A DNA stretch of 64,000 nt from the NCBI RefSeq assembly GCF_009914755.1, contig NC_060938.1; one strand, given 5' to 3'. Positions 33,993 to 47,850 of this stretch are shown here, piece after piece. Position numbers and translations under genes: made by a program. The notes beneath the pieces are model-generated. The model ran no database searches, was not told the origin of the DNA, and saw nothing but the letters and a program-made list of their open reading frames with translations. How positions within the stretch are numbered: position 1 is the first letter of the stretch; each line of letters opens with the position of its first letter. Source of the DNA: the human T2T-CHM13v2.0 reference genome, Homo sapiens.

Positions 33993-34294
33993 TTTTTTTT
34001 TTTTTTTTTTTTTTTTAAATGCGGTCTTGTTCTGTTGCCCAGGCTGGAGTGCAGTCATGTGATCTTGGCTCACTGCAACCTCCACTTCCTGCGTTCAAGA
34101 GATTCTCCTGCCTCAGCTTCCTGAGTAGGTGGGATTACAGGCACGCACCACCACACCCAGCTAATTTTTGTATTTTTAGTAAAGATGGGATTTCCCCATG
34201 TTGACCAGGCTGGTCTCAAACTCCTGGACTCAAATGCTGCCTGCCTTGACCTCCCGAAGTGCTGGGATTACAGGTGTAAGCCACCGCGCCCAGC
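33993..34294 (-). mobile_element. Alu (AluS-type)
   Basis: Antisense dimer. Confidence 0.95.
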
Positions 34295-34630
34295 CAATAA
34301 ATTTTCTTAAGCTTTTAATTAGAGCCAGGTAATTGCTTTTGTTGTTATTTTGGCTAAAGAGGGTTTTTAGTCTGAATCATTAAAATACTTGTTTAAATTT
34401 TCTACATTGCATTTCATGTGTAGATACTGTTCAAAATCATTCTTGTTTAGTTCTTTTACTAATTTTAAATTTGTCATACATAAACAGCTTCTTTAAAAAT
34501 AATTCAAATTAGGTCTCATTGGGTAAAATTTAGAAATAAAAGTCTCTGGGGATTAATTTATTTAAATGAAATCAAAGTCTCAAAAAGTATAGGGTAGATT
34601 TACATTTTATGGGGCTGCCATCTTTCACAG

Positions 34631-34928
34631 TTTTTGTTTTTTTGTCTTGTTTTGTTTTTGAGACAAGGTCTCTGTTGCTCAAGCTGGAGTGCAGTGGCAC
34701 CATCTTGGCTCACTGCAGCCTCCAACTCCTGGGCTCAAGCCATCCTCCAGCCTCAGCCTCTTGAGTAGGTGGGACTACAGGTGCTGCGTCACCACACGAA
34801 GCCAGTTTTTTATAGAGACCAGTTTTGCCATGTTGCTCAGGCTGGTCTCCAACTCCTGGGCTCAAGCCATCCTCCCGCCTCAGCCTCTCAAAGTGCTGGG
34901 ATCACAGGCGTGAGCCCCCACGCCTGGC
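34631..34928 (-). mobile_element. Alu (AluJ-type); last Alu in the window
   Basis: Antisense dimer. Confidence 0.93.
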
Positions 34929-35959
34929 TCTTTTCCAGTTGTCACCAAGAACTACAAAGTTTCTATCTCCAAGTTCACCCAACATAAGTATCATAAAGAC
35001 AATGGCTCTTAATTCTGGGTTGTTACCAGTCTCTTTGTGAATTTGATGAAAACTGTGGATCTTCTGCCTGGGAAGACTACACTGCAGAAATAGAGAAAAC
35101 AATTTTTTTCCATACAATTGAAAGAATTCACCCATCCTATAGAACCTATTCATGGACAACTATCTTCAAAGGACGCCTGAACCACAGGTTAAGAATCTCT
35201 GAAAAAATATCAACTCAAGGATCTTGTGTTAAAAATGTGTACATAATCCACATTCTTATCAATACATATGAAGGAAAAAAGGAGACAAAACAAGGTGCCT
35301 GCCCAAAATGGGCAGGAATCAAGCATAGTGGTTTAATCAGCTAAAATCATCGGTGAAAATGAAGATGGTGAATGCATGTTTCTCCCAAGTTTTCCACTTC
35401 TCCCCACCTTAAAATCAGAGGGCAGGAGTGAACGGACTGTTTTAAGACTAAATGAAAGCTATGTTTTTGGTTAAAGGTAATTAACAAATAGACTGAGAGC
35501 TTGTTAGCTTTCTAAAGCTTCAAGTGGTCAAATTAGACTAGAATTAAAAATAGAACCAATTTAATCAGCAAGAAGAGCAGTTGAAAGATGCATTTCAATT
35601 AGACTTGCATCAATTTAAATGTAAAAATAATGTGATTCCTCTATCCAAAATTGCCCAATTTCATCTTAGACTTCAATTTAAATACCTATTTGTTACATAT
35701 ATTTTACATCTATATATGTTTCTTTTTTATTTCTGCCCATATATCTGCCTCTCAAAAAAATTCCCTAGCATTAAGCAATAGCAATAAGGTTGGTTGGAAA
35801 TCTCGAACCAAATGTAACTCAAAGGTCATGAAACTAACTCGGATTAGTGGCCATGAAGGACTTGCGGGGGTGGGGTGGGGTGTGAAGTGAGCTTTATGTG
35901 TGCAACCGTAGTGTTCAAAAGCTCTAACTCAAAATTCATTTTAGGCCAATTCGTTAAAC

Positions 35960-37200
35960 CAGCCGTCTAAACGGGCCCTGGCACTGGGTATCCGACCGCT
36001 CCACGCGCCAGCTGGTGAGGCCTGGAGTTGGAACCGGAAGCCGTCTCCAGCCGGCCTCCTAGGCCCTAGGTGCCCGGGTGGGCACACTTCCGCGAGGGCC
36101 CGGGGACAGCGCCGGCCAAGTCTTGCGGGCAACTGCACACTCGGTTCCGGGAGGCAGGTACTCCAGGTCGGGAGCCCTGAGGCCAAGCCTGTCTCAGTTC
36201 CCACGTCAAGAGGAAGCCTGGGCTTCGGAGCCCACCCTGCCTGGGGCCGCGGTCCCGGAGCGCGGCGGGAAGAACGCCCACGTCACCTCCCGGTGTTGTT
36301 ACACCCACAATCACCACACTCTGACCCCCGCAAAGACCACAGAGGAGTAGGAAGAGGGCTGCCCTCGTACTCCCCAAGCCACCCCCGCCTCTGAGCGCGG
36401 AGGCACGATGTTCTGGGGCTCGAGCCTTCGCATCCACCGGGCCAGCGCTAACCACCGGCCGCCGCCCTGGAGGGGACCCGGCGGCCCCGCCACGTGCGGC
36501 TGCGAGTTTCAGACCCGCTTCCGGGGGGCGGCGGCCGTCGGAGGCCTGGGTTGGGGGGTCGTGAGCCGGATGTTCCCCGCAGCTGGCCAGAAAGCTGCCT
36601 CTGAGCCTCTTGAGCAACTCCCTGCCTCCTCCGGTAGTCTCTCTGGACTCTCCAAGTGACTTGCTGGGGGCACCGGGCGCGGGGAGGGCAGGCCCCCGGG
36701 GTGACGCAGGTGTGTACTTTACAGCCAGAGAAGGCCTAGCTTTCAGGGACATTGGCTTAGTTTGTTGGGTGAGACGTGGGGGTGGAGAATGGGAGCACTG
36801 TCTCTTTGCCAAATTTTCCAGAGAAACCCCGGGACTAGCTCTGTCCCTGGTGCCCCGGCTACTGCCAGCGGGTCCTTAGCGCTGTCGATTGCGCGCACCG
36901 GAGCCCGAAGTCTTCCCCACCGCTGGCAGGAGAGCCCCGCGAGCTCTCCCGGACGTGTCGGGTCCTAAAGGGGAGAGCTGAGCAGCCACTTCAGGGATTG
37001 CACTCCGAGGTGGCCGAGGCAGGGAGGAGCGCTGGCCCCGCGAAGGAGGCCTCAACCTTAGGACAACCCGGGCGTCCCGGGCGAAGGTCTCGATCTGCCG
37101 GAGCCACTGCCTTTCAGGCATCGCTCCATTAAAGCCAGGGAGGAGAGGGTCATTGGCCAGCGACCCGCCCTCCTTACGTCCGGAGGTCACCCCACGCCTA
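35960..37200. promoter_or_regulatory. CpG island 3' of OTX2 (orphan-like)
   Basis: Abrupt high GC and dense CpG against AT-rich flanks; ETS, E-box and NRF1-like motifs. Confidence 0.85.
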
Positions 37201-39299
37201 CAGGCAGGTTTTTCTGTCTCCTTTGCAGAACACTATGCGTTTGTTACAACGATTAAATGAAGAACACAGAAGTCTCTGGCTCTGCCGGGCAGAACGCCTC
37301 TTAAGAGTATCGCAGCTAAAAAGTGGGTTGGCTGTAAGCTGATAATCAGGTAGCTGTGGTCAGACACCCACTCCAGAACCTCTGCTACTCAGAGACCATG
37401 TTATCACACGCGACGTCCATTAGGCCCCAGTAATCCGCTATCAACGCATTTTAGAGCCATTTGAATGTTAAGGAGATTTTTATTAATGGTCCATGATCCT
37501 AAAATGTGACTATTGGTTCTAGGAACAGATTTTAACAACTCAAGGCTGTGATGAGTGATTTTCTGATTTCTGTGCAGCCTAAGGCCTCAGGAGATTTCAT
37601 CTGGGAGATTGGGGGCAAGACCTAAGCCCTCACCCCACCAAGGACCTGTCTCTAAAGGGTACTTTCCAGCTTTTACCTGGGGAAACTGAGATAGAGGGGG
37701 AGCAGGCCTGTGGCTCCTAAAGGCAGCATTTGAAGGTCCTTTAATGGGGAGACCAGGGGGACAAAAAAAGCAATCAACAATTGTATGGCTACTAGAAACT
37801 GGCATCTTATTTTTAAAGAAGCCCTCAGCTGGAAATGTCACCTAGTGATGTCAAGTAGACTAAGAAATTCTTAATCAAAAGGCCCCCTTTGCACACCTGC
37901 AGTAGGCAAACTGAGGCAGGAGCAGTAGAGGTAGCAGGTAGCAGAGGATTCTGATTCTTGAATACCTTTTTTTCCTTGTGGTGCTGAAACAGAAGTCAAT
38001 CCAAACTTTGCCCACTTACCATTATATTTTCAGTGGGATTCTTTTTTGTTTTCTTTGTTGTTGCTGTTGTTTTTTCTTTCAAAATACCGTGTTTCCACTA
38101 AGAATTAAAAGAAAAGGGGTGGGGAGATTAAGGAATAAAAGTGAGTCATAGACCTCATGCTGTTTGACTTTCCCTCTAGGAGAAAAACAAAATTTGAAGC
38201 GACCCTCCCCCTAGTGATAGCCTGGCTTCCCTGGCACCTGCAGTTATCTTTGACCAAATGGGTTGGACTTGGTAGGGATCCTTTATTTGAATTTGCTTAC
38301 TGTTTGTTTGCAGTTGACAGCAGGTTGGTTTTTAAACATAAAACACACTGCTTGCAAGAGAGGAAGTCTGGCTGTTTCTCTTTAGCATTGGGGGGCCTCC
38401 CTTGGTTGTAAGGACTGCTGCTTAGTAGAAGGCCTTTCAAACGCACGTCTGCTCCCTCCTTTACAGCCACTTCAGTATACAGAAACTTCCTCTAGTTTCT
38501 CATTTGGTTCCGTTTCCTTCCATCTGCTGCCATCAGAAAAACTACCTTTTCCAAATAGTGCCTAGATTTTGTTTCCATCAGGTAAAAAACAACCCCCCCC
38601 CCCAACACATTATCATTGAAGGTCTCATGATACTATTAACAGGCAGTTTGAAAGAGATGGTCCAAGCAATCCTATACAACGTGTCTCAATACACCAGAGC
38701 ACTACAGTTTCACATGTAATGTTAATTCTGTCCAAGACAAATCCTATAATCTGTGCAGTTTCAGAGCCTAATACCAAAAAACATGGGGATGGGTTTTGTT
38801 TGGGGTTTTGCTCTCCCCATTCCAGGGGAAAGTCCCAGGGGCTCCCAGTCTTTTCTGTCACACCAACCCAAGGGCGGAAACGGGGCGACTAGGGGAATCA
38901 GGTTTTATCAGAGCACCCTGCGCTGACAGGCTCGGGCGGTTTAGAAGAGAAAATCAGAGGTGCTCAGGGCACCTGGTCACAAACCTGGGCATGCAGATGC
39001 CTGATGGGGGCTTGGACCCTTTCGTGGCACGAAAAGGAGAGAGACTGCTGTTCATCTTAAAAGTCTCGAAGGAGGCAAAAACCCAGGCGGAAGTCATGGC
39101 TGACTCTGATCCTGCATCTTCTCATTCTGGTTGTTTTCCACCGCGTCTGCTCCCATTTGCGTGGGATGCGCTGGTCTCCTGCCCGACTCTTTTGTGTTCC
39201 TCTTTTGCATGATTAAAAACACGTTTCTATATGCACTAAACCATCACCTAGCACTGGCACGCCTGGTTTTGGGTTACAGCTTTGTCCGTATAATAACAG

Positions 39300-40650
39300 C
39301 GAAGTTCTCCCTGGGTGTGAGATGCGGGTTCGAACATGTGGTGTGCGCGCCAGGGCTGGCCGCTTCCGGTTAAGTGGACGCGGGGACTTGACTGCGTCCC
39401 CTGCCTTGCAGGTAACTGGAATGGGTTGCCTGGCAAGTTGGCCCTGCCCGGGACGCCGAAGGGACCGCTTCCCCATTCCAGAGCCTGCCTCTGGCCTTCA
39501 GGGCCGCTGACAGGTCCGAAAAGAAAGAGAAGGCACTCAGTTTTAAAAAAAAGAGATCTAGAGGACTGGGGAAAAGGGGATGAGCCAAGGCAAACTGGGA
39601 ATTGCTCGGGCTTCCTCCGAAAGCCTCAGCTCAGTGCCGGGGGAGACCCCAACGGAGGGCCAGACTCCCCCAAATCCAGTGGCCGAAGACCTGGATTTCC
39701 TGGGAGGATCCCCGGGGGCCCGAGGCAGGCCCAGCTGGGCCCCGTCTGCTCGGGACGCGGGAGGCCTCAGCCGTGGCGGGAGCCCCCGCTGTGGCGGCCT
39801 CGCCCTTCGAGGCCAGGAGAAGCGGCCCCCTCCTAAGCCGTCAGCGGCTCATCCTACCGGGAGACCTGGAAAACCAGCAGCCGCGGGCCCTGCTGGGCTT
39901 GCTTTCGCCGCCCCGGCCCCTTCTCCCCGGCCAGTGGACCCCGCTCGCCGTCCCGTCTGTCAGTCTCGGTTTTAGCTCCTTCGGGCGCAGGGCGCTCGCC
40001 TCCCGGCCGGGCCACCCCACCCTCCAATCCCCGAGGCCGACCCGACCCCTGCACTCCGCCAGGCCGCGAGGTTTCCCAGCGACCGGCGCCCCGGCCCGCG
40101 GCCGACCTGGAGGCCTGACTGCAGGGCTCGGGCGGGGCCCTCTCTCGGCTCTGGCTGGCGGCCCACTCCCGCGGGCGTACAGGCCTCGCCACCGGGCCTC
40201 GGCCTTGCCGCGGCCCACAGCGCCCTGGGACCGGCGCCCCCGAGGCCTGAGAACTACGCCCGGGGGGCGCGGGCTGAGGCTCAAGAGAGGTCCTAGGTGC
40301 GGGCCAGGGATGGAGCCAGCCCAGAGAGAAAGGGGAAAACCCGGCAAGGCAAGAGCCTCAGTCTCGCCCCTGCCTGGCCCGCCAGGCTGTGAGTGGGGCC
40401 CATTGGGCAGCGCCAACCTGGGGAGTCCGGCGTCTGCCCCAGCTGGGGGCCCTCGGGGCAGAGATGTGAGTGCTGTTCCCAGGTAACTCCGACTGGGCAC
40501 TGGGGAGTTAGAAAAGCCAGCTCTTTAGCCAGAGCGCCTAGGGCGCGGCGGAGAGCGGGCCGCCCGGCACCACGTTCCTTCTGGCAGTTCCGCCCCAGCC
40601 TCCCAGCGTCTTGCGCCTGTGGCGGCGGCAGTACGGGCCTGGGGGGTCAC
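39300..40650. promoter_or_regulatory. Second CpG island 3' of OTX2
   Basis: Very GC-rich and CpG-dense (e.g. 39700-40300). Confidence 0.85.
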
Positions 40651-42497
40651 CCACAGGAAAGGTGAGATTAGCAGCACCATGTGGGAGAGGGGTTGAGGAA
40701 ACCCACCATTATCTAAAACTTGGAGGTTTCCAAAGCCGGAACTTAATTGAGTTGATTGAATTTCTCTTCTTATCTAGGAAGGAAAGAAACACTCCCAAGG
40801 TGAAATACAAAGGGCCAAGAATCCCTGTGGGAAAGATAAAGATTTGGGGCAACAGATCTTTGTAAAGCAAACTACCCCCACCCTCATCAGGACCTGACCT
40901 CCAAACCGAAGCTTATACTGCCGGCTCACTTCTTGTTAATTGCCGATACGCAGCTGAAGTAGCTCCCTGACCTCTTTGGAGGACGGCGTCATTTCAGTAC
41001 CAAGTATCACCATTATTGGGCTTATTAACTTCATTAAAACCGGTCTTGACTAGGAGTGGAGATCGGAACTCTCTGGATGTCTTTAAGCCAGTGTTCGCTC
41101 CCCGCCTCCTTCCCTCCCTCCGTTGCCTTCGGTCAGAGGAATTCATTTCTACTTCGCCTTTGATTCAAAGGGATTTAACTGCGTGGTCTTAGTTAAGAGA
41201 AGTTGTGCAGAGGTGATGGAAAAATTAGTTTCAGAGGGTGCTCAGTGCCTCTTCTTTCTGACCTTTTTTTTAAAGTTTCAGGAGAGAAACTGCCAACTGC
41301 GTTATTTGCTGAGTAGCCCAATGTTTATCGTCATTATTGTTTTTAAAGAAGGGGTAATCTTTCCCTGCCCCTTGCGGGACATCCTGAAAACTGAAGGCAA
41401 TGGTAGAAAATGGTTATTTTGATTCTGCATTACTGTTGCAGAAGAAAAGCTGGGAGATTAAGACACTGAATCTGGGTAAACCTCAGGCCCCAATTTAACT
41501 TCGTGTAAACTACAGTATGTTGAAGGTTATCAATAGGTGCTGAAAACTCTTGCCATCAAATTTGGCCTCAAATTTTGGTTGCAAACTATTGCATTTCCTT
41601 TACCAGCGAACCAATTTACTTATTAGGAAAAATTACAGAGTTCAAGAGAGCATGCGCAGCCAGGGACCGGAAAAATGAAATAGCCAGAAAACAAAATGGT
41701 TGCAACTGCTAACCTTCATTTAAAACGTTACAATCAAGAGTCACTTAATTTTGGTCAGCTGTAAGAGCTTAAGCAGCTTAAAATGAAATTAAATATTGCT
41801 TTTACCTGAGGAGCACCATGATCATTGGCCCATTTGTCTTTTCTGGTGACTGGTTTACAAAATGCAGGTACAACTGAAAAGGGACCCATTTTTTCCCCCT
41901 CGGCACTTTCTTAAACACATACACACAAACTGACCAGGGTGCCTTATGTTCAACTACTGAAATTATAGGTTTTAAAACTTTTCTGAAACTCTTTTGTTCA
42001 GAAATCATTTCTGCCTGAATTACTTTCAGATTCTGATTACACTCCCTCTCATGTTTACCTCAGTTTTTGGAAGTTAAAAAAAAAAATCCCCTTAACCAAA
42101 TAAGAGAATAGTAACAAGAAATTCTTGTCATTCTCATGTTTTCAGAGATACTCCAATTCTCCTCCTCCCTCTTAAAAACTTGATATATTTTAAAACATTC
42201 TAATAAAGTGCCTAAGAAATCGTTCAGGTTTGAAGTAGGGAGGGAAAAGCAAGGAAAACAAGATCTTGTTGTTAGGCTCTCCAAACTCAATTTCAGAGCA
42301 ATCCTGATGAAAGTCACAAAAAGTCTACCTACCACTGTCATTCATATCTATTTTATGCATAGATTAGCAAAAAAAAAAAGTAAAAATAAGTTTGCTAATT
42401 TACTCTCTGTCCTAAGAAAAACGTGTTTTGGGGAGGAAAGGCTGAATGTAGGCTTCTTATTCATAAATAGTGGTGTAAAATTAAACTGGACCCAATG

Positions 42498-43525
42498 TTG
42501 TGCTAGAACCATTTTAATATAATTATACATATCTGCCAAATCCAGGAAGAAAAGGTTTATGCATATATAACTTTTCCATTTAACATCTGCAAGCATAAAC
42601 GACAATGATCTCAGTTTAATAATTCATCAGGGTCAGAGCAATTGACCAATGTCTCTTTACTGCTAGGCTTACCAACAGTAAATTACAGATGAATTAGTGT
42701 CCTTTTGCTTCTCTTCTCTGACTCTCTTTGTCCAGAGACATTTTGTCGTAAAGTTTCAGTGCAGCTCACCTCCAGCCAAAGGTAATCTTTTTAGATCAGT
42801 ACTCAGTTGCTCTGAATTTTGCTTATAATTATAACCTATTTAATCACAGAAGAACCCCTGCAGAGGTGGAGTTCAAGGTTGCATACAATAACAGGAGATC
42901 ACAGTTTTGAAGTCTAGCACAGATTAAAAACCACAGATGTACCATTTATAAGACACACACTGATTGTCTCTTAAACTACATATTGACTCCTTATGAACAT
43001 TATTTTTTAAATAAAGTAGTGCATCTAGGACAATCAGTCACACAATTCACACAGCCCTGAAAAGTTTTTTCAGTGCCAACTACCAGTTGGTCATGAAACG
43101 TGAATGAGCTTGAGACACTGTTCATTCCTAAGATTCAACCAAGGATTGGCTAAAACAATGGAACACCTCTGCTTAAGAAGGCTATGACCTTCCCTCCCTT
43201 CCTTCACAACTTAGTTTTGTTTGATTTTATTTTTGGTGGTGTTTGGTTGCACATGGCTAGAATGCTTTTGATCACTTTGCAAATCAGGATAACCAATGAT
43301 CTAAAACTATGACAGGATCTTAAGCAGATTGGTTTGTCCATTTCATGTTGCTGGTTTGTAGGCCCCTCTAAGGCCCTTCGTTTTTCCTTCTATGCCTCTC
43401 GGAACTTTGATCAGATGAGTCTGAGCATCATCCCATCTAACTCTTTTAACCAATGCCTGGCTAAAACTGGAATGTCCAGCCCAGTATATTTAAAAATCAC
43501 CCACAAAAAGAGGTTCTACAGGTCT
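42498..43525 (-). other. OTX2: OTX2 3' UTR (~1 kb; 3' end approximate)
   Basis: AT-rich sequence after the stop; ATTAAA at 42518-42513 and 42620-42615 and AATAAA at 43231-43226 on the minus strand. End inferred from the distal ATTAAA and the recalled ~1 kb UTR length. Confidence 0.75.
42513..42518 (-). terminator. Candidate main poly(A) signal ATTAAA
   Basis: tttaat on the + strand ~1 kb past the stop, followed by CA dinucleotides 15-20 nt downstream on the minus strand. Confidence 0.6.
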
Positions 43526-44227
<702 letters not shown>

Positions 44228-45549
44228 CTACATGGGCAGATCAGCTAAACACACAATTTCCCCTGCCACTGAAGACCTATTATGTGGTACTCTCATATAA
44301 ACTCCTGGACTTGTAAGAAAGTTGGGGAGGCTCTGTCTAAAAACACTTGACACTGTCTTATTTCTTGCCCAGAATAACATTTAAGATAATCCCCCAAATC
44401 ATATAGCTAAAAACTCTCCACATCACTTTCCTATCTTATTTCGCCTCTAACACACACATACACATAGACCCAGCTATATTTTGGAACACTCTCACAGAGG
44501 AATAGAATGTATCTCTGTCTTTTGGAGGGAAATACATGAGAAGTGAGAGAAAGCAATTCTGTTGTTACAGGCTAACAGGAACAGCCTAAATTCATTTACA
44601 GTTCATCTTCCAGGAAGCAACTGCTAATATAGAGGTTGGTTGGTTCCATCACCCTTCTGTCTCTCTTAGAAAGACTCACAGAACAAAGCTCCAAGGGGAA
44701 GACATGATCTTGTTGAAGAAAGAGGTCTGAAAGCCACTATTTGCTAAAAGCTTCTTTGTGGTAAAAGGAGTGACTTACATGCACTCTGCTTTGAGCTGGA
44801 GCACAGACCTGCTAGTCTCTGGGACTCGAGTCTGTGTTGTTAGAGTAGTGCCACTCAGCACATAGACTCAGTCTCCTGTGCTGTGTTTACTGACTTATCA
44901 CTTCAACCCCCTGCTGCAATCTTGACAATTCTCTTTACCAGCCCTGTTCATGTTCTGCAATGAAGGAGCTATGATTGGTGTACGAGGGGGCTTAGAAGAG
45001 GAACTACTGGCATTTTCTGGAGGACAAATCCTTAGCTGAACTTTTGAATGAGCTCTCTGTATGGGTGCCGTAACTGTGGTAAAAGTGAGGCCACCAAGGC
45101 CAAGCTCAAGACCACCAACCATTTGGAGCCATTTGTTTTCTCCTAGTGAGGACTTTGGTTCAAGCCTTACAAGTGCTAAAACTTCCTCTAACCTACTTTG
45201 AAAAAGCCCCTTTCCCAATTTGCAGCTCACACTGATGTCTGTCGCTTTCATAAACATATTCTAGCCGAAGGAGAGGCCCAGGTGTGTATGTGGTTTATGT
45301 GCTAAACACTTTGCAGAGAATTCTGTACAGGGCTCACTCACAAGGCAAGCTGGAGTTGACCTTCCCTCTCCAGTTTAAGGTCAAGTTTAGGGGAACTAAA
45401 ACAAGAGGGGTGTCACTAGAGACATTATGTAGATATTTTATCTGTTAAATGGCTCAGAACTAGAAAATTCTCTTCAATCCCTAAGAAGTCAAGGAAAATA
45501 CATTCTTTTTGTGTTGATTTATTTGGTAAAAGCACCAGCTGCGTCTATA

Positions 45550-45625
45550 CCCTGACTCTGCCACCAAACTTAGTTATGACCTTGAGCAAGTCATTTACTC
45601 TATTTTTTCATCTGTAAAAATACTT
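45550..45625 (+). mobile_element. MIR core fragment in an OTX2 intron
   Basis: TGACCTTGAGCAAGTCATTTA..TTTTTTCATCTGTAAAAA is the MIR core. Confidence 0.6.
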
Positions 45626-45888
45626 GGACTGTCCAAGAGCTAAGCTGCTTTCACACGTACAAGTCCATGAGAATAGGAGAGGATTTCTATACAGAGGAAG
45701 GGAAGGGTTACAACACCACGTGACTACTCTTGAAACCTGCTCAAGGATGGGTCTCTGTCCACCAGCAACCCGGGCCTTGAAGACCCTTGCTTACGGGATT
45801 AAGTGGTGACGGGCAGGCAAAAAAGGGCAGAAGGAGAATAGTTTCCTGGCCCCTTAGTGAGTGAAGGAGAATTTCAAGCCTTCCTTCA

Positions 45889-46245
<357 letters not shown>

Positions 46246-47145
46246 TCACAGCCCTTCAGCCGGGAGCCTACCAATGCTCTCCCCACCGTCTCCCCAGCCT
46301 TGCTCCCCGGGGACCCAGGACACACGCTGCTTCTTTCCCTACTCTTCTTGGTGTTGAGATTGCTCCAATCAGAGCATCACTTGGAAAGTTAACAAATGAA
46401 ACATTTTTTAAAAGACACACAAAAAAGTTCTCCAAGATCAACCCCCAAACCACAACACAAAAAGGCTATTCCAAGAAGTCAAAGGATCTCCGAGGACAGA
46501 CTGGCAGCTCGAATTGATGGGGGAAATCTGGATCCTGTTCCCATGGTTTTTAGCACACCATGGGCCTTTGTTCCTCCATCTTTAAAATGGGGACATAGTT
46601 CATACTCCTGGGAGGATTTTTAAACATATCTGATTGGAAAGGAAAGCACCCGCATTTGGAGGAAGTCACGCCTCTTGGGATTAAAGCAGGCTCTGGAGGT
46701 CATAGGGGAAGGCCTGGGCATGGAGGGAACAACTGCGAAGCCCGAGAGTGCTAAGGACTTACGGAGGGAAAACTCAGCTTCTCCAAGAGGACACTTCTGA
46801 GGAATTGGTCATTGAGATATGGGTAGGGGTCTTTTGCCCAAATGACAAGGACAGTAACCTTCCTCATCCCACTCTGATGCCAATCCTTATTTACTCGAAT
46901 TAAGAATAAAGTGATGTGATTGTAACGGTTGCAGACCCACCTACTCACTTTTCCCAACCCCTGTTCTCTGCTTGGTCAGTAAATGCCCTGGGACTGCTTC
47001 CTCAGAAGGCAAACCTAGAGGAGACCAAGCCTGAAGCTGGGTGGGGACAGTGTGACTGCCAACCCCCGTGTTCCATGGGAACAGGGTGTTGCATCCCCGG
47101 AGGGTGGGCATGGGGAAGAGGGGTGCGGGAGTGCAGCAGGGCTCA

Positions 47146-47403
<258 letters not shown>

Positions 47404-47449
47404 TTACTGCTTCGGAGGCAGCAGCTCTTCCACGTTCCAGCACTAACTT

Positions 47450-47850
47450 AAAAAGAGCACGGACTAGGCGAGGCAGAGGCTTTTAAAGGACTTGCAGACA
47501 CTCCCCCCACCCCCATCCCCACCCCCACCCCCAGCTGCTCTGGAACTAGAGGGGATGGAAGGAGACCAGATAAACCTGTCTTCCCCACCCCCACCCTAAA
47601 CTTAAAAAAAAAAAAAAAGTACCCGAAGAAAGCAATTACAATCTGCCTTCCCCAAGAACAAAAACCCGTGCCTTCAAATGCACACATTGCATTCCTATCC
47701 CTACATTTGCATAGGACTCATTGGCTGGCACTAGCTAATTGTCTCAAACAAAACTTGATTGGGGCCATTTGCAGAGACAAAGAACTCTTTGGCTAAATAA
47801 ATAATGCTGATAACAAAGCCCATTGGTGAGAAACAAAGAAACAATTCAAG
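47450..47850 (-). promoter_or_regulatory. OTX2 proximal promoter
   Basis: TATA-like TTTAAAA 47487-47481; perfect octamer ATTTGCAT 47705-47712; CCAAT boxes 47720-47724 and 47758-47762; SOX-type AACAAAG/AACAAT at 47812, 47832, 47840. Confidence 0.65.

Noticed and set aside
36066-36812. 248-aa minus-strand ORF
   Set aside because: GC-island artefact with a non-ATG start and no recognisable family.
39336-40500. Multiple 130-294 aa ORFs on both strands
   Set aside because: All frames are open because of extreme GC content; no coding signature.
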